A DNA stretch of 43,393 nt from positions 1-43,393 of IMG/VR virus record IMGVR_UViG_3300028805_000051; one strand, written 5' to 3'. The notes beneath the pieces are model-generated. The model made no database searches, was not told the DNA's origin, and worked only from the letters and a program-made list of their open reading frames with translations. Source of the DNA: a virus. Lineage: Duplodnaviria; Heunggongvirae; Uroviricota; Caudoviricetes. Positions 8,725 through 18,198 of this stretch are shown here, piece after piece. Every line of letters starts with the position of its first letter. Position 1 is the first letter of the stretch. The position numbers and the translations under genes are program-made.

Positions 8725-9007
8725 TATTCTTTTTAATCAATTAGAATATTTAGAGAAACAAAATAGTTTAAACAATCAGCTTATTACTTATTATGTTGAT
8801 TGGACAAGCAAATTAGAGGAAAAAGACTCTCTCAGACAGAGTAGTGTAGAAGAATTAAATAAACAAATAAGTAGCATGGATAATGTTATTACAGTTTTAA
8901 AAGATAACAATACTAAACTTTCTAAACAGAAAGAAATTGCTACAAATTTTGCTATAGGAGGTGGAATAACTAGTGTATGCCTGATACTACTACTGATACT
9001 ATTGTAA
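8609..9007 (+). CDS. Signal peptide + coiled coil + C-terminal TM protein (possible spanin partner)
   Basis: MKRKLIVFGINLLMMIGIIIPTSSAQ signal; C-terminal FAIGGGITSVCLILLLILL. Confidence 0.6.
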   Translation: MKRKLIVFGINLLMMIGIIIPTSSAQDFRVTPVQLKQTNILFNQLEYLEKQNSLNNQLITYYVDWTSKLEEKDSLRQSSVEELNKQISSMDNVITVLKDNNTKLSKQKEIATNFAIGGGITSVCLILLLILL

Positions 9008-9162
9008 AAGGTTTGCCAACTAAGAAAACTTCTAAAATAATGTATTATAATAGAAGTTGTTCTAAATGTGCAAATGCACCTTGTTTTCCAGGATTTGAAA
9101 AAATGAAAACAGATTTTGCAATAGCAGGGTGTATAGACTATATAGATAAAACCAAACTATGA
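8977..9162 (+). CDS. Small Cys-rich hypothetical protein (start may be ATG 9040)
   Basis: CSKC..C...C; fills the gap and overlaps the next ATG. Confidence 0.55.
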   Translation: MPDTTTDTIVKGLPTKKTSKIMYYNRSCSKCANAPCFPGFEKMKTDFAIAGCIDYIDKTKL

Positions 9163-9482
9163 CAAATGATACTACACATGTAAAATTACTTTGTCAACAG
9201 AAAGACTCTCTAGATTATACTACTTATGTATTTGAAATTATAGATTCTGAAGAAATTAATAGGTTGGGTTATAGATATATAATGTGTACTCGATGGCCTA
9301 ATTGGGATCACAGAGAATTGTTAAATGGAGAAGAAGGGTATTTAAATTATTCTATTATAATAGCAGGACAAGATGCTTGGTTTAATGGAGAAGGATATAC
9401 ACCTTATAAAACTTCAGTTTATCAATTTAATAAATTTATAGCTAAACAACCTGAACAAAATAAACACTCTTTTAAATTATAA
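9159..9482 (+). CDS. Hypothetical protein
   Basis: ORF 107 aa. Confidence 0.8.
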   Translation: MTNDTTHVKLLCQQKDSLDYTTYVFEIIDSEEINRLGYRYIMCTRWPNWDHRELLNGEEGYLNYSIIIAGQDAWFNGEGYTPYKTSVYQFNKFIAKQPEQNKHSFKL

Positions 9483-9487
9483 ATTTT

Positions 9488-10351
9488 ATGTCATCAGATT
9501 TTGCCGATAAGCTTAATGAAGCTTTAGAAAACAAGAAAAACGATGTTAATTCATTTGTATGGAAAGGTCCAAAACATTATTTAAACGGAAAACGTGTACA
9601 AGACGAGTTTCGTTTAATGGATGCCACTGAAGAACAATTACGTCAATGCTTAGCACATTGTAATTCTATGCTCTACAGTAAGAGTAAAGAGGATCCAGGA
9701 AGATATGAATTAATTAACATTATTAGAGATCAAGAAAATCGTTGTTCTGCTGAACTTTATATGAGATATCTACGTAAACATGGTATTATGCCAGTTGAGT
9801 TTAGAAAAACTTTAGTAGATTATTTAAGTAAAGAGGAAATAAGGGAACAAATTCCAAGAAGTGCTTATAAGACCACTCCTATTAGCACAATAATAGAAAT
9901 TCCTGACGAGTTTAGATTTCTTTCAATTGATATTATTCTCGATGCATGTTTAACTTCTCTTGGAGTATTACAACGTAGACATATTACTCATAATTTCTTA
10001 ATTAAATTGGGACTTTGGTTTACGAATGAAGAAGTTAAAGAATATCTTTCTAAGAAAGATCAAGATGGAAAAACTATAGATAGACTAGAGCAAGTAAAAT
10101 ATAATCTTAACCTCCGTCCAAATGTAAAACTTCATACAAATTATAATGGAGGATTATCATATCTTGAATTTCGTGCTATGCATAATCTTAAGAATGAAAG
10201 ATATGAAAATATGAATGAAATAGCTTTAGTCACTCTTCGTAATAAAGTTTTACCACGTTTAGAGGATGAAGCTAGAAATCAAGCTACTCTTTGGGAACAG
10301 AAGATTAAAGAGATCAAACAAGTTTGTGAATTAAAGGGAATCACTCTTTAA
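9488..10351 (+). CDS. Hypothetical protein
   Basis: ORF 287 aa, coupled to the helicase gene. Confidence 0.85.
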   Translation: MSSDFADKLNEALENKKNDVNSFVWKGPKHYLNGKRVQDEFRLMDATEEQLRQCLAHCNSMLYSKSKEDPGRYELINIIRDQENRCSAELYMRYLRKHGIMPVEFRKTLVDYLSKEEIREQIPRSAYKTTPISTIIEIPDEFRFLSIDIILDACLTSLGVLQRRHITHNFLIKLGLWFTNEEVKEYLSKKDQDGKTIDRLEQVKYNLNLRPNVKLHTNYNGGLSYLEFRAMHNLKNERYENMNEIALVTLRNKVLPRLEDEARNQATLWEQKIKEIKQVCELKGITL

Positions 10352-11664
10352 TGGAACAACTTTCTTTGTTTGAACCTCTTGATAGAACTGGAAGACAAAA
10401 AGAATGCCTAAGAGCATGGATTAATGCTAAATGTAAGGGGGCAATAGTTGCATCCACTGGATTTGGTAAAACTAGAGTTGGGTTAATGGCTTCTAAATTA
10501 TTATGTCAGAAATTTCCTAACACAAGAATTATTGTTGTTGTTCCTACTGACCCGCTGCAAAAACAATGGCAAGCACAATTATTTGAAATGGGATTATCTG
10601 GTCAAGCTGAAGTTATTATTATTAATACTTTAGTTAAAAGTTATCATGAATGTGATTTATTGATATTAGACGAAGCACATCGCTATGCTAGCCCTCTGTT
10701 TAGTCAAGTATTCACGAAAGTGAAATATAAATTTATCCTTGCTTTATCTGCAACTATGGAAAGACTTGACGGTAAACATGAATTACTATATAAGTATTGT
10801 CCGGTAGTTGATCGTATAAATGATTTAGAAGCAATAGCAAATGGCTGGGTTGCTCAAAGTATTGAATATAAAGTTATATTAGATGTTCCTGATATTGACA
10901 TTTATAAACAAATAACTAAAGAATTTAATGAACATTTTGAATTTTTTAATTATGACTTTGATTTAGCAACTAGTATGTTAGGTAAAGATGGTTATAAAAT
11001 TAGGTCTGCTTATAGAGATAAGTTATGTGAGGAAAATAAAGGGCTGGATCCTAAGGAAACTTTTAAAATGATTACTTATCATGCAACAGCATTAGCTAGG
11101 GCTTTGCAAGCAAGAAAGAAATTTATAAATGAACATCCTGAAAAAATAAGATTAACTAGGGAAATTATTAAACATAGACCTAATGCTAAGATTATTACAT
11201 TTTCAGCAACTACTGAAATTGCTGAAAAAATTGGTTATGGTTATGTTTATACTGGAAAAGACTCTAAGAAGAAAGGTAGAATTACATTAAATGAGTTTGC
11301 TAATAAACCTTCTGGAGTTTTAAATACAGTTAAAAAGTGTGATGAAGGTTTAGATTGCCCTGGAATTAATCTTGCAATTATTTTAGGATATGATTCTTCT
11401 CCTACTAGGTATAAACAAAGAAAAGGAAGAGCCATTCGTAAAGAAGGTAATAAAATCTCCGAATTATTTACTTTTGTTATTAATGATACCGTTGAGACTT
11501 CATGGTTTGCTAAATCTCATTCCGAAAATTCATCTAAAAAGAAAGAAATTTCAGAGGGGAATGAACCAATACCAATAAATGAAGAAAATCTCATGAAAGT
11601 GCTTAGAGGAGAGGATTACGAAACTTATAAAAGACCTGTTTCTAAATTTACATTTCGTTTTTAA
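10351..11664 (+). CDS. Superfamily 2 (DEAH) helicase
   Basis: STGFGKT, DEAH, SAT, DEGLD, QRKGRAIR motifs. Confidence 0.95.
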   Translation: MEQLSLFEPLDRTGRQKECLRAWINAKCKGAIVASTGFGKTRVGLMASKLLCQKFPNTRIIVVVPTDPLQKQWQAQLFEMGLSGQAEVIIINTLVKSYHECDLLILDEAHRYASPLFSQVFTKVKYKFILALSATMERLDGKHELLYKYCPVVDRINDLEAIANGWVAQSIEYKVILDVPDIDIYKQITKEFNEHFEFFNYDFDLATSMLGKDGYKIRSAYRDKLCEENKGLDPKETFKMITYHATALARALQARKKFINEHPEKIRLTREIIKHRPNAKIITFSATTEIAEKIGYGYVYTGKDSKKKGRITLNEFANKPSGVLNTVKKCDEGLDCPGINLAIILGYDSSPTRYKQRKGRAIRKEGNKISELFTFVINDTVETSWFAKSHSENSSKKKEISEGNEPIPINEENLMKVLRGEDYETYKRPVSKFTFRF

Positions 11665-11665
11665 T

Positions 11666-12007
11666 ATGCAAATTATACTTAACATTCCCGATCGTGAGGT
11701 GTTCACAATGACAGAAATGCCTAATTTAGGTAATATTATGGATAAAGCTTACAAAGCTTCTAGACCTCAAATGCTTAGAACACTCGCTCACGAACGTAAA
11801 GTTTTTGTATCTTTTGAGTTTTGGTACCTTTCTATGACTCCAGAACAAAGAGAAATTACTATGAAGAATATTAAATCTACACTACCTATTGAAGATTTTG
11901 TAGAGAAAGGTATTCTTGATAGAGAATTTGTAGTGGAAGCCATAGAACGTATCAGAGAACAACAAGATAAAGAAGATCTTTCCAGTGAAATTAAATCAGA
12001 TGATTAA
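11666..12007 (+). CDS. Hypothetical protein
   Basis: ORF 113 aa. Confidence 0.75.
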   Translation: MQIILNIPDREVFTMTEMPNLGNIMDKAYKASRPQMLRTLAHERKVFVSFEFWYLSMTPEQREITMKNIKSTLPIEDFVEKGILDREFVVEAIERIREQQDKEDLSSEIKSDD

Positions 12008-12086
12008 ATTTTCTATGTAGTATCTAAAACCTCGAAAGAGGATTACCATGCTTGCAGAGTAAGTAACATATAAAGTTGTTTATTCT

Positions 12087-12698
12087 GTGTTAATTAACAC
12101 TATTGACCAGGATATGGGTATACTTAATAAGTATCACCTAAATCCTAATGAATTGTTTGTTATACGTATTTTAACTCTAGCTAAGGAAGAAGATGATTCA
12201 TATCTCTATAGATATTTTTCAATTCCAGAAGAGGATAGAGGAAATTTCAGAGAAATACTTATTAGTCTTCAAAATAAAGGAGTTGTACTAAAAAGTTATA
12301 AAATTCCTGCTAAAGGAGAAAATTTTGATCCTTATAGTATTGAATTTAATAAAAATTTCTTAAAGAATTTTCATCGAGAATCTTTTGAAATGGGAATTGA
12401 ACTTTTTGAGATGTATCCTCAGTTTGGTAATATCAATGGAAACATTATACCATTAAGAGGAGTATCTAAAAAGTTTGACAGTCTGGAAGATATGTATAGG
12501 TATTATGGAAAAGTAATTAACTGGAACCCAGAAATTCATCAAGAAATACTTGATGTCTTAAAATGGGCAAAAGAAAATACTCAGTTCATTCAATTTACTT
12601 TAGCTAGTTTCGTAATAGACAGACGTTGGGAGGATTTAAAAGCTCTTCGTGATGGAAAGCTTGTTAATGTTAATTTTGACGCTGTTAAAATGCTATGA
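12087..12698 (+). CDS. Hypothetical protein, possible replication initiator or helicase loader
   Basis: GTG start; lies directly upstream of and overlaps dnaB. Function inferred from position only. Confidence 0.6.
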   Translation: MLINTIDQDMGILNKYHLNPNELFVIRILTLAKEEDDSYLYRYFSIPEEDRGNFREILISLQNKGVVLKSYKIPAKGENFDPYSIEFNKNFLKNFHRESFEMGIELFEMYPQFGNINGNIIPLRGVSKKFDSLEDMYRYYGKVINWNPEIHQEILDVLKWAKENTQFIQFTLASFVIDRRWEDLKALRDGKLVNVNFDAVKML

Positions 12699-13807
12699 CA
12701 AACGAAATTGATGATCTTTTCTCTGAAATTGAAAGAGGTAGACAAGGAAAAAACCAAGGATTTGGTATGGGTATGCCAAAACTAGAAGGTATAATTGATG
12801 GTGTATGTGCAAGTACATATACTTTGATATTTGCTGGAACTGGTAATGGTAAATCAAGTTTTGCCTTATATTCTTATGTATATAGACCTTTAATGGAACA
12901 TCTAGATGATAATAAATTTAAATGTACTTATTTCTCGCTAGAAATGTCAACAAAGACTATTTTAGCTAGATTATTGTGTCTTTATATATTTGATACTTAT
13001 GGTATTTCTTTGTCTCCTAAGGAAATTTTTTCTAGAAGAAAGAATTATGTGCTGTGTGATGAGTATTATAATCTAATTAAAGAATGTAGACCGTGGTTAG
13101 AGAAAGTTAAGAAAGTAGTTAAGATTTATGACAAAACTTGTAATGCTTCTTATTTGTACAGAAAATTAATAGCAGAATTAAGAACAACTGGTGAATTAGA
13201 AGTTGTTAATGCTGGAGAAGATGTTGAAATTTTATATAAACCTTATGATCCAGAATTAATTCATAATGTTATTATTGATCATATTGGTCTTGTTAAAGCT
13301 AAAGACTTAAAAGCTGAAATTGATGCTGTTTCTAGAATTCTTGTTATGCTAAGAAATGCTTGTGGTATTAGTCCTGTAGTTATAATGCAGATTAATAGAG
13401 CATCTGGTGATATTGAAAGAAGGAAACAAGGATTGAATAATTTAACTCTTAATGATGTTAAAGATTCTGGAAATCCTACACAAGATTGTGAAGTAGCAAT
13501 TTCAATTTTTAATCCTTATAGAGAGAAACTTGGCTCTTATGGTGGTTATGACATCAAAAAATTAGAAGATAATTTTAGAGTTATAACTGTACAAAAAGCA
13601 AGAGATGGTCAATCCAGTGTAGAAATTGGAGTAAACTTTTTTGGAAAAATAGGCTACTGGCGTGAATTACCGAGATCTAATGAAATTAATGACTATGGTA
13701 AATATACTAATCCAGATTATATACTCAAACAGGATTTAGAAAAAGATAATATGATAGAGAATTTAGATGAAAATGGTAATAAAACTACTTTTAAATTTAC
13801 GATGTAA
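12695..13807 (+). CDS. dnaB: Replicative SF4 (DnaB-like) helicase
   Basis: GTGNGKS Walker A, FSLEM, IIDHIGL, MQINR, KDSG, KARDG. Confidence 0.92.
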   Translation: MTNEIDDLFSEIERGRQGKNQGFGMGMPKLEGIIDGVCASTYTLIFAGTGNGKSSFALYSYVYRPLMEHLDDNKFKCTYFSLEMSTKTILARLLCLYIFDTYGISLSPKEIFSRRKNYVLCDEYYNLIKECRPWLEKVKKVVKIYDKTCNASYLYRKLIAELRTTGELEVVNAGEDVEILYKPYDPELIHNVIIDHIGLVKAKDLKAEIDAVSRILVMLRNACGISPVVIMQINRASGDIERRKQGLNNLTLNDVKDSGNPTQDCEVAISIFNPYREKLGSYGGYDIKKLEDNFRVITVQKARDGQSSVEIGVNFFGKIGYWRELPRSNEINDYGKYTNPDYILKQDLEKDNMIENLDENGNKTTFKFTM

Positions 13808-13809
13808 TA

Positions 13810-14517
13810 ATGAGTAATGTAATTTGTTTAGCTGGATTATCTAATACTGGAAAGAGTACTTCATTACGTTATTTAGTACCTGAAGAAACTTTTATTGTAA
13901 GTTGTACTAATAAACAACTACAAATTCCAGGATTTAAGAAGAAATATCCAAAAGTTAAAGTTGTTGATGGTAAACTAGAAGGAAACTGGTATGTCAGCAA
14001 CGATTATGAAAAAATAACTAAAACCCTTAAAATAGTGTCTGCTACAAGACTCGATATTAAGGTAGTTGTGATCGATGATCTTAATTATTTGTTAAGTAAT
14101 GAGATTATGGATAAAGCAACTGAGAAGGGATACGAAAAATTCACCGTTCAAGCTAAGAATTATTATGAAATGATTCGGACTGCTAACAGTTTAAGAGATG
14201 ATTTAACTGTTGTGCTTATTTCTCATATCGTAAACGATGGTACCGATATGGAACCATTCTGGAAGTTATATACTTCAGGAAAAATGCTAGATAAAACTGT
14301 CAACATTGATGGATTATTCAGTTATATAATTTATACTGATACTTATGTTGATGAAAATGATGAAGTCCAGTATCGTTTCAGAACTAGAACAAATGGTAAT
14401 GATACTTGTCGTTCTGTTGCTGGATGTTTTGAAGATAAATATATTGAGCCTAACATGAAGTTAGTCATAGATACAGTTAATAAATTTGAAAGTGGAGAAG
14501 AAGACGAAACATGTTAA
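13810..14517 (+). CDS. AAA ATPase (Sak4/AAA_24-like recombinase)
   Basis: GLSNTGKS Walker A, VVIDD Walker B, ISH. Confidence 0.85.
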   Translation: MSNVICLAGLSNTGKSTSLRYLVPEETFIVSCTNKQLQIPGFKKKYPKVKVVDGKLEGNWYVSNDYEKITKTLKIVSATRLDIKVVVIDDLNYLLSNEIMDKATEKGYEKFTVQAKNYYEMIRTANSLRDDLTVVLISHIVNDGTDMEPFWKLYTSGKMLDKTVNIDGLFSYIIYTDTYVDENDEVQYRFRTRTNGNDTCRSVAGCFEDKYIEPNMKLVIDTVNKFESGEEDETC

Positions 14518-15110
14518 TTGATTTTAAACTTTGCTTTGATGATGAGGCCGGTAAATTTGTGGCCTTAAACCCTGATACTGGGGAGATAAGAGATTTTGCT
14601 CCTGTTACTAAGAAAACAACAAGTACAAGAAGCACTAAAAAGAAAGTGGATGAAAATCCAAATCCTCAATTGACTCTTGAAGACAATAAGTATTCATTAA
14701 ATACCGCAGCTGTTACATTGATGGGTCTTGAACCTGAAATGAAGCTTTGTGTCAAGATGAAGAAAATTGATGGAACAATGACACCTATTATTGGTACTAA
14801 TGAAGCTTTTAAAGTAAAAGATGGTAATCGTTTAACTAAGAGCTTTACTGTAGCTTGTAGAGGAGCTAATCATGATGCACTTGCTGCTTATGGCACAATA
14901 TTTGATATTGAACCTAATCCTGCTCTCGAAGGAACTTTTGTTCTTAAAGGAGATAAAGGTCCAATAATTATGCATGATGAAAATATATCTGAAACTGTGG
15001 AAATTCCTGAAGATTTAGAAGGAATCAACACTGATGATATTGATGATACCTTAGATTCTCAAGAAGAAGTAGATGGTTCAATGTTTGAACAATTATTAAG
15101 TGAAGTTTAA
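14511..15110 (+). CDS. Hypothetical protein with acidic C-terminus
   Basis: ORF 199 aa. Confidence 0.8.
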   Translation: MLIDFKLCFDDEAGKFVALNPDTGEIRDFAPVTKKTTSTRSTKKKVDENPNPQLTLEDNKYSLNTAAVTLMGLEPEMKLCVKMKKIDGTMTPIIGTNEAFKVKDGNRLTKSFTVACRGANHDALAAYGTIFDIEPNPALEGTFVLKGDKGPIIMHDENISETVEIPEDLEGINTDDIDDTLDSQEEVDGSMFEQLLSEV

Positions 15111-15139
15111 TAAATTAACTAAAAAATTATTTTTGTATT

Positions 15140-15850
15140 ATGGCTAATGGTTTTAATTTTAATGCAATGGTAAACACCGATGGTGTTGCCGCTGACAAAC
15201 GTTTAAGAGCTTATACTATTAACAAAGTTAAATTTGTAGAAGCTAAAGTTGATATTCTTCATTCCGAAAAGAACCAAACAGATTATGATATTCTTAAGGT
15301 TCGCTGGGAAGGAGAACAAGGTTTTTATGAGGAAAACTATTTCCTACCATCAACAGAAGGTAGGGATATAGAGCGTACTCCTAATAACTGGGGAGGTGAA
15401 AATCCTTCTAATGCTGACCGTGCAATGATGTTCTTTGCTCATTGTTGTGGTGTGCTTAATCCTGATGGATATGAAAAAATGAAAAAGGTAGTTGGTAGTT
15501 GTAAAAACTTTAAAGATGTTGCAACTCTAGCAGCTAAAGTTCTTAATGCTAAGAAAGGTTGTGAATGTTATCTCAAACTTTGTGGACGTGATAATAATGG
15601 AGTTATCTATGCTAGCCTTCCTTTCTTTACTAGCATCAATCGTACAACTGGAGAAGCTCAAATTAATAACAATTTCCTATCTCTAAAGGATGATTTAGCA
15701 TTCACTCCTGCTGAAGATAAGAAGCGTATGGAATTTGAGAATAGAAAACCAACTCCTGCTCCTGATAATACTGAGGTTCCTGCTGGTGACAATAGTGATA
15801 TTGACAATGCCACTCAGGACGACCTCTCAACTATGCTTAATGATCTTTAA
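15140..15850 (+). CDS. Putative single-stranded DNA-binding protein
   Basis: Between Sak4-like ATPase and primase; beta-rich core with an acidic disordered tail. Confidence 0.6.
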   Translation: MANGFNFNAMVNTDGVAADKRLRAYTINKVKFVEAKVDILHSEKNQTDYDILKVRWEGEQGFYEENYFLPSTEGRDIERTPNNWGGENPSNADRAMMFFAHCCGVLNPDGYEKMKKVVGSCKNFKDVATLAAKVLNAKKGCECYLKLCGRDNNGVIYASLPFFTSINRTTGEAQINNNFLSLKDDLAFTPAEDKKRMEFENRKPTPAPDNTEVPAGDNSDIDNATQDDLSTMLNDL

Positions 15851-15869
15851 TTAAATAAATAACTTAGTT

Positions 15870-16898
15870 ATGTTTGAATTTAAATTTAATGAAAATGCTA
15901 ATATAACTAAGGGATTTATTTTAAAGAATCTTTCCGAAGAAGAAATCTTTTGTTATTATCTAGGTATAGATAGAGTTTCTAAAAAATTAATCTGTAGTAG
16001 ACTTAGGTCTGATAAAAATCCAACTTGTGGTTTTTACAGAAATAGCAAAGGAGATCTTTATTTACATGATTTCGCTACTGGCGAGTTTTATAATTGTTTT
16101 TCATTAGTAATGGCACTACATAATGTTGATTACTATCAAGCATTACGTGTCATTGCTAATGACTTCGGATTGAAAGAAAATCCAAACATAACTAAAAATC
16201 CTGGAATTATTCAAACTGGATTAAAACGATTTGAAGAGAAAGAAATGTCTAAAATTCAAATTGAACGCCGAGAATTTACCAAGTATGAATTAAATTGGTG
16301 GAATCAATATGGTATAACTTTAGATACCTTAAATAAATTTCGAGTATTTTCTTGTCGTTCTGTTTTCTTAAATGATAATTTATTTTCTATTATTGATAAT
16401 CCACAAATGGCTTTTGGTTATTATGGTGGTAAAATGGAAGGTAAAGAACTTTGGAGAGTTTATTATCCGTTAAATAAAGAAAAAGGAATAAGGTTTTTAA
16501 CTAATTGGCCTGCAAAGAAAATTCAAGGTTTTGAATTATTACCTAAAAAAGGTAATTTATTAGTAATTACTAAATCTATGAAGGATTGTATGACTTTATA
16601 TGAATTTGGTATAAATGCTATTGCACCTAATAGTGAAAATTTATTTATTGCTGATTCTGTATTGGAGAAATTAAAACAACGTTTTAAAGTAATTGTTGTA
16701 ATTTATGATACTGATGTAGCAGGAATTGCAAACATGAGAAAAATTAGAAAAGATCATCCAGATTTGATTTATACTTGGATTCCAAGAAAGTATAAAACTA
16801 AAGACATTAGTGATTTCTATAAATGTTACGGAAAACAAAAAACACTTAATTTAATTACACAATTTGTAAAATGGGTAAAATATAGGTTAAAGACTTAA
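15870..16898 (+). CDS. DNA primase (DnaG/TOPRIM type)
   Basis: LRSDKNPTC...HDFATG N-domain; ITKSMKD, YDTDVAG, KDISD TOPRIM motifs. Confidence 0.88.
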   Translation: MFEFKFNENANITKGFILKNLSEEEIFCYYLGIDRVSKKLICSRLRSDKNPTCGFYRNSKGDLYLHDFATGEFYNCFSLVMALHNVDYYQALRVIANDFGLKENPNITKNPGIIQTGLKRFEEKEMSKIQIERREFTKYELNWWNQYGITLDTLNKFRVFSCRSVFLNDNLFSIIDNPQMAFGYYGGKMEGKELWRVYYPLNKEKGIRFLTNWPAKKIQGFELLPKKGNLLVITKSMKDCMTLYEFGINAIAPNSENLFIADSVLEKLKQRFKVIVVIYDTDVAGIANMRKIRKDHPDLIYTWIPRKYKTKDISDFYKCYGKQKTLNLITQFVKWVKYRLKT

Positions 16899-17428
16899 AC
16901 ACTGCCTGTCGTGCTACTTTTAAAGATGGTAGAACTGAAGAATTTACATCAATAGAAGAAGCTTCTGAAAAGACAGGTGTATCTATTGCAGCTATAAAAA
17001 TTCGCTGTAACAAACCTGGTGCTACAGGAAAAGACAAAATAACATTTGAATGGCTTGATGAGTATACGAAAAGATACTATAGAGCTAAAAAGAATAAAAA
17101 TAAAGGTAGTGCTTTTGAGAGTGAAGTAGTTAATAAACTAAAAGAAATAGGTTTTGATGGTTGTTGTAGGGCAGCTGGAGAGTCAAAAAAAGCAGACAAC
17201 AATAAGATAGATATTGTTGATACTAATCATAAACTTGGCTGCAACATTCAATGTAAACATACAGCAAATATGCCTAGCTATTTCGCAATTAGAGATGCTT
17301 GTTCTGACAAATCAAAACCATTCTGTATGGCTTGGAAGAAAGCATCAGAGGGTGGACTTAATAGTCCTGGAACAGTATTTGTAATACCAGATTACTACTT
17401 TTATGAACTTTTGTCAAAAACAGTATAA
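16871..17428 (+). CDS. PD-(D/E)XK Holliday-junction resolvase (Hjc-like) with N-terminal NUMOD1-like HTH; in-frame TAG at codon 5
   Basis: ATG GGT AAA ATA TAG GTT..., then 180 open codons to TAA. Motifs FTSIEEASEKTGVS, KNKGSAFESEV, KIDIVD, NIQCK. Absent from the ORF track. Confidence 0.82.
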
Positions 17429-17429
17429 A

Positions 17430-17654
17430 ATGGATAAATTTATCTATGCAGTAAGTAATTTTAATAAGAAATCTAATAAAGTCAAAGTAGTTTGTGCCAA
17501 ACATCTAAACGATGCAAAAGATCGTATTATCCAAGAATATTGGAATAAATATGATGATATTGAAGAGGATGAATGGGAGAAATTTCTTATTGAGTTGTGT
17601 AATAAACATGGTGTTCTGATATCGAAAGAGTTAATAGAAATTGAAGAGTTATAA
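17430..17654 (+). CDS. Hypothetical protein
   Basis: ATG at 17430 directly after the resolvase stop (MDKFIY...). Confidence 0.7.
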   Translation: MDKFIYAVSNFNKKSNKVKVVCAKHLNDAKDRIIQEYWNKYDDIEEDEWEKFLIELCNKHGVLISKELIEIEEL

Positions 17655-17677
17655 ATGGTTAAAATAAAGATGTTAGC

Positions 17678-18196
17678 ATGAAATTAAGAATTGGATTAGA
17701 TATAGACGACACCATTTTGCATTGGTTTCCTGAATATTTAAAGAGATTTGGAGAACCAAAAAATGAATTTGAAGTCACAAGACACGTTCAAAGGGATTTA
17801 AGAAAGGACAGACAGTTTTGGTTGAATCTACAACCAAAACATCGTCCTGATTTTCCTGTTACTTTATATTGTACTAAGAGAGTTTGTAATAAAGATTGGT
17901 CAAAACGATGGATAGAGGATCACAACTATCCTATTGCCCCAGTTTACCAAATAGTAACACAATCTAAAAATAAAGCACATGTTGTTAAAGGTAAAATAGA
18001 TGTCTTTATTGATGATTCTATTTCAAATTTTAAAGCTATGAATTTAGCTGGAGTACCTTGTTTATTAATGGATTGTGAACATAATAAATCTTGGGGACCT
18101 ATTGGCCGAGTTTATTCTCTCAATGAGGACGAAATTAAAGATGTTTATGATTTGTTCATGCTAACAATATTCCCTAATTTCCAGAATTTATTGTAA
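17678..18196 (+). CDS. HAD-family phosphatase, 5'(3')-nucleotidase-like
   Basis: IGLDIDDT motif I, FIDDS motif IV. Confidence 0.85.
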   Translation: MKLRIGLDIDDTILHWFPEYLKRFGEPKNEFEVTRHVQRDLRKDRQFWLNLQPKHRPDFPVTLYCTKRVCNKDWSKRWIEDHNYPIAPVYQIVTQSKNKAHVVKGKIDVFIDDSISNFKAMNLAGVPCLLMDCEHNKSWGPIGRVYSLNEDEIKDVYDLFMLTIFPNFQNLL

Positions 18197-18198
18197 GT

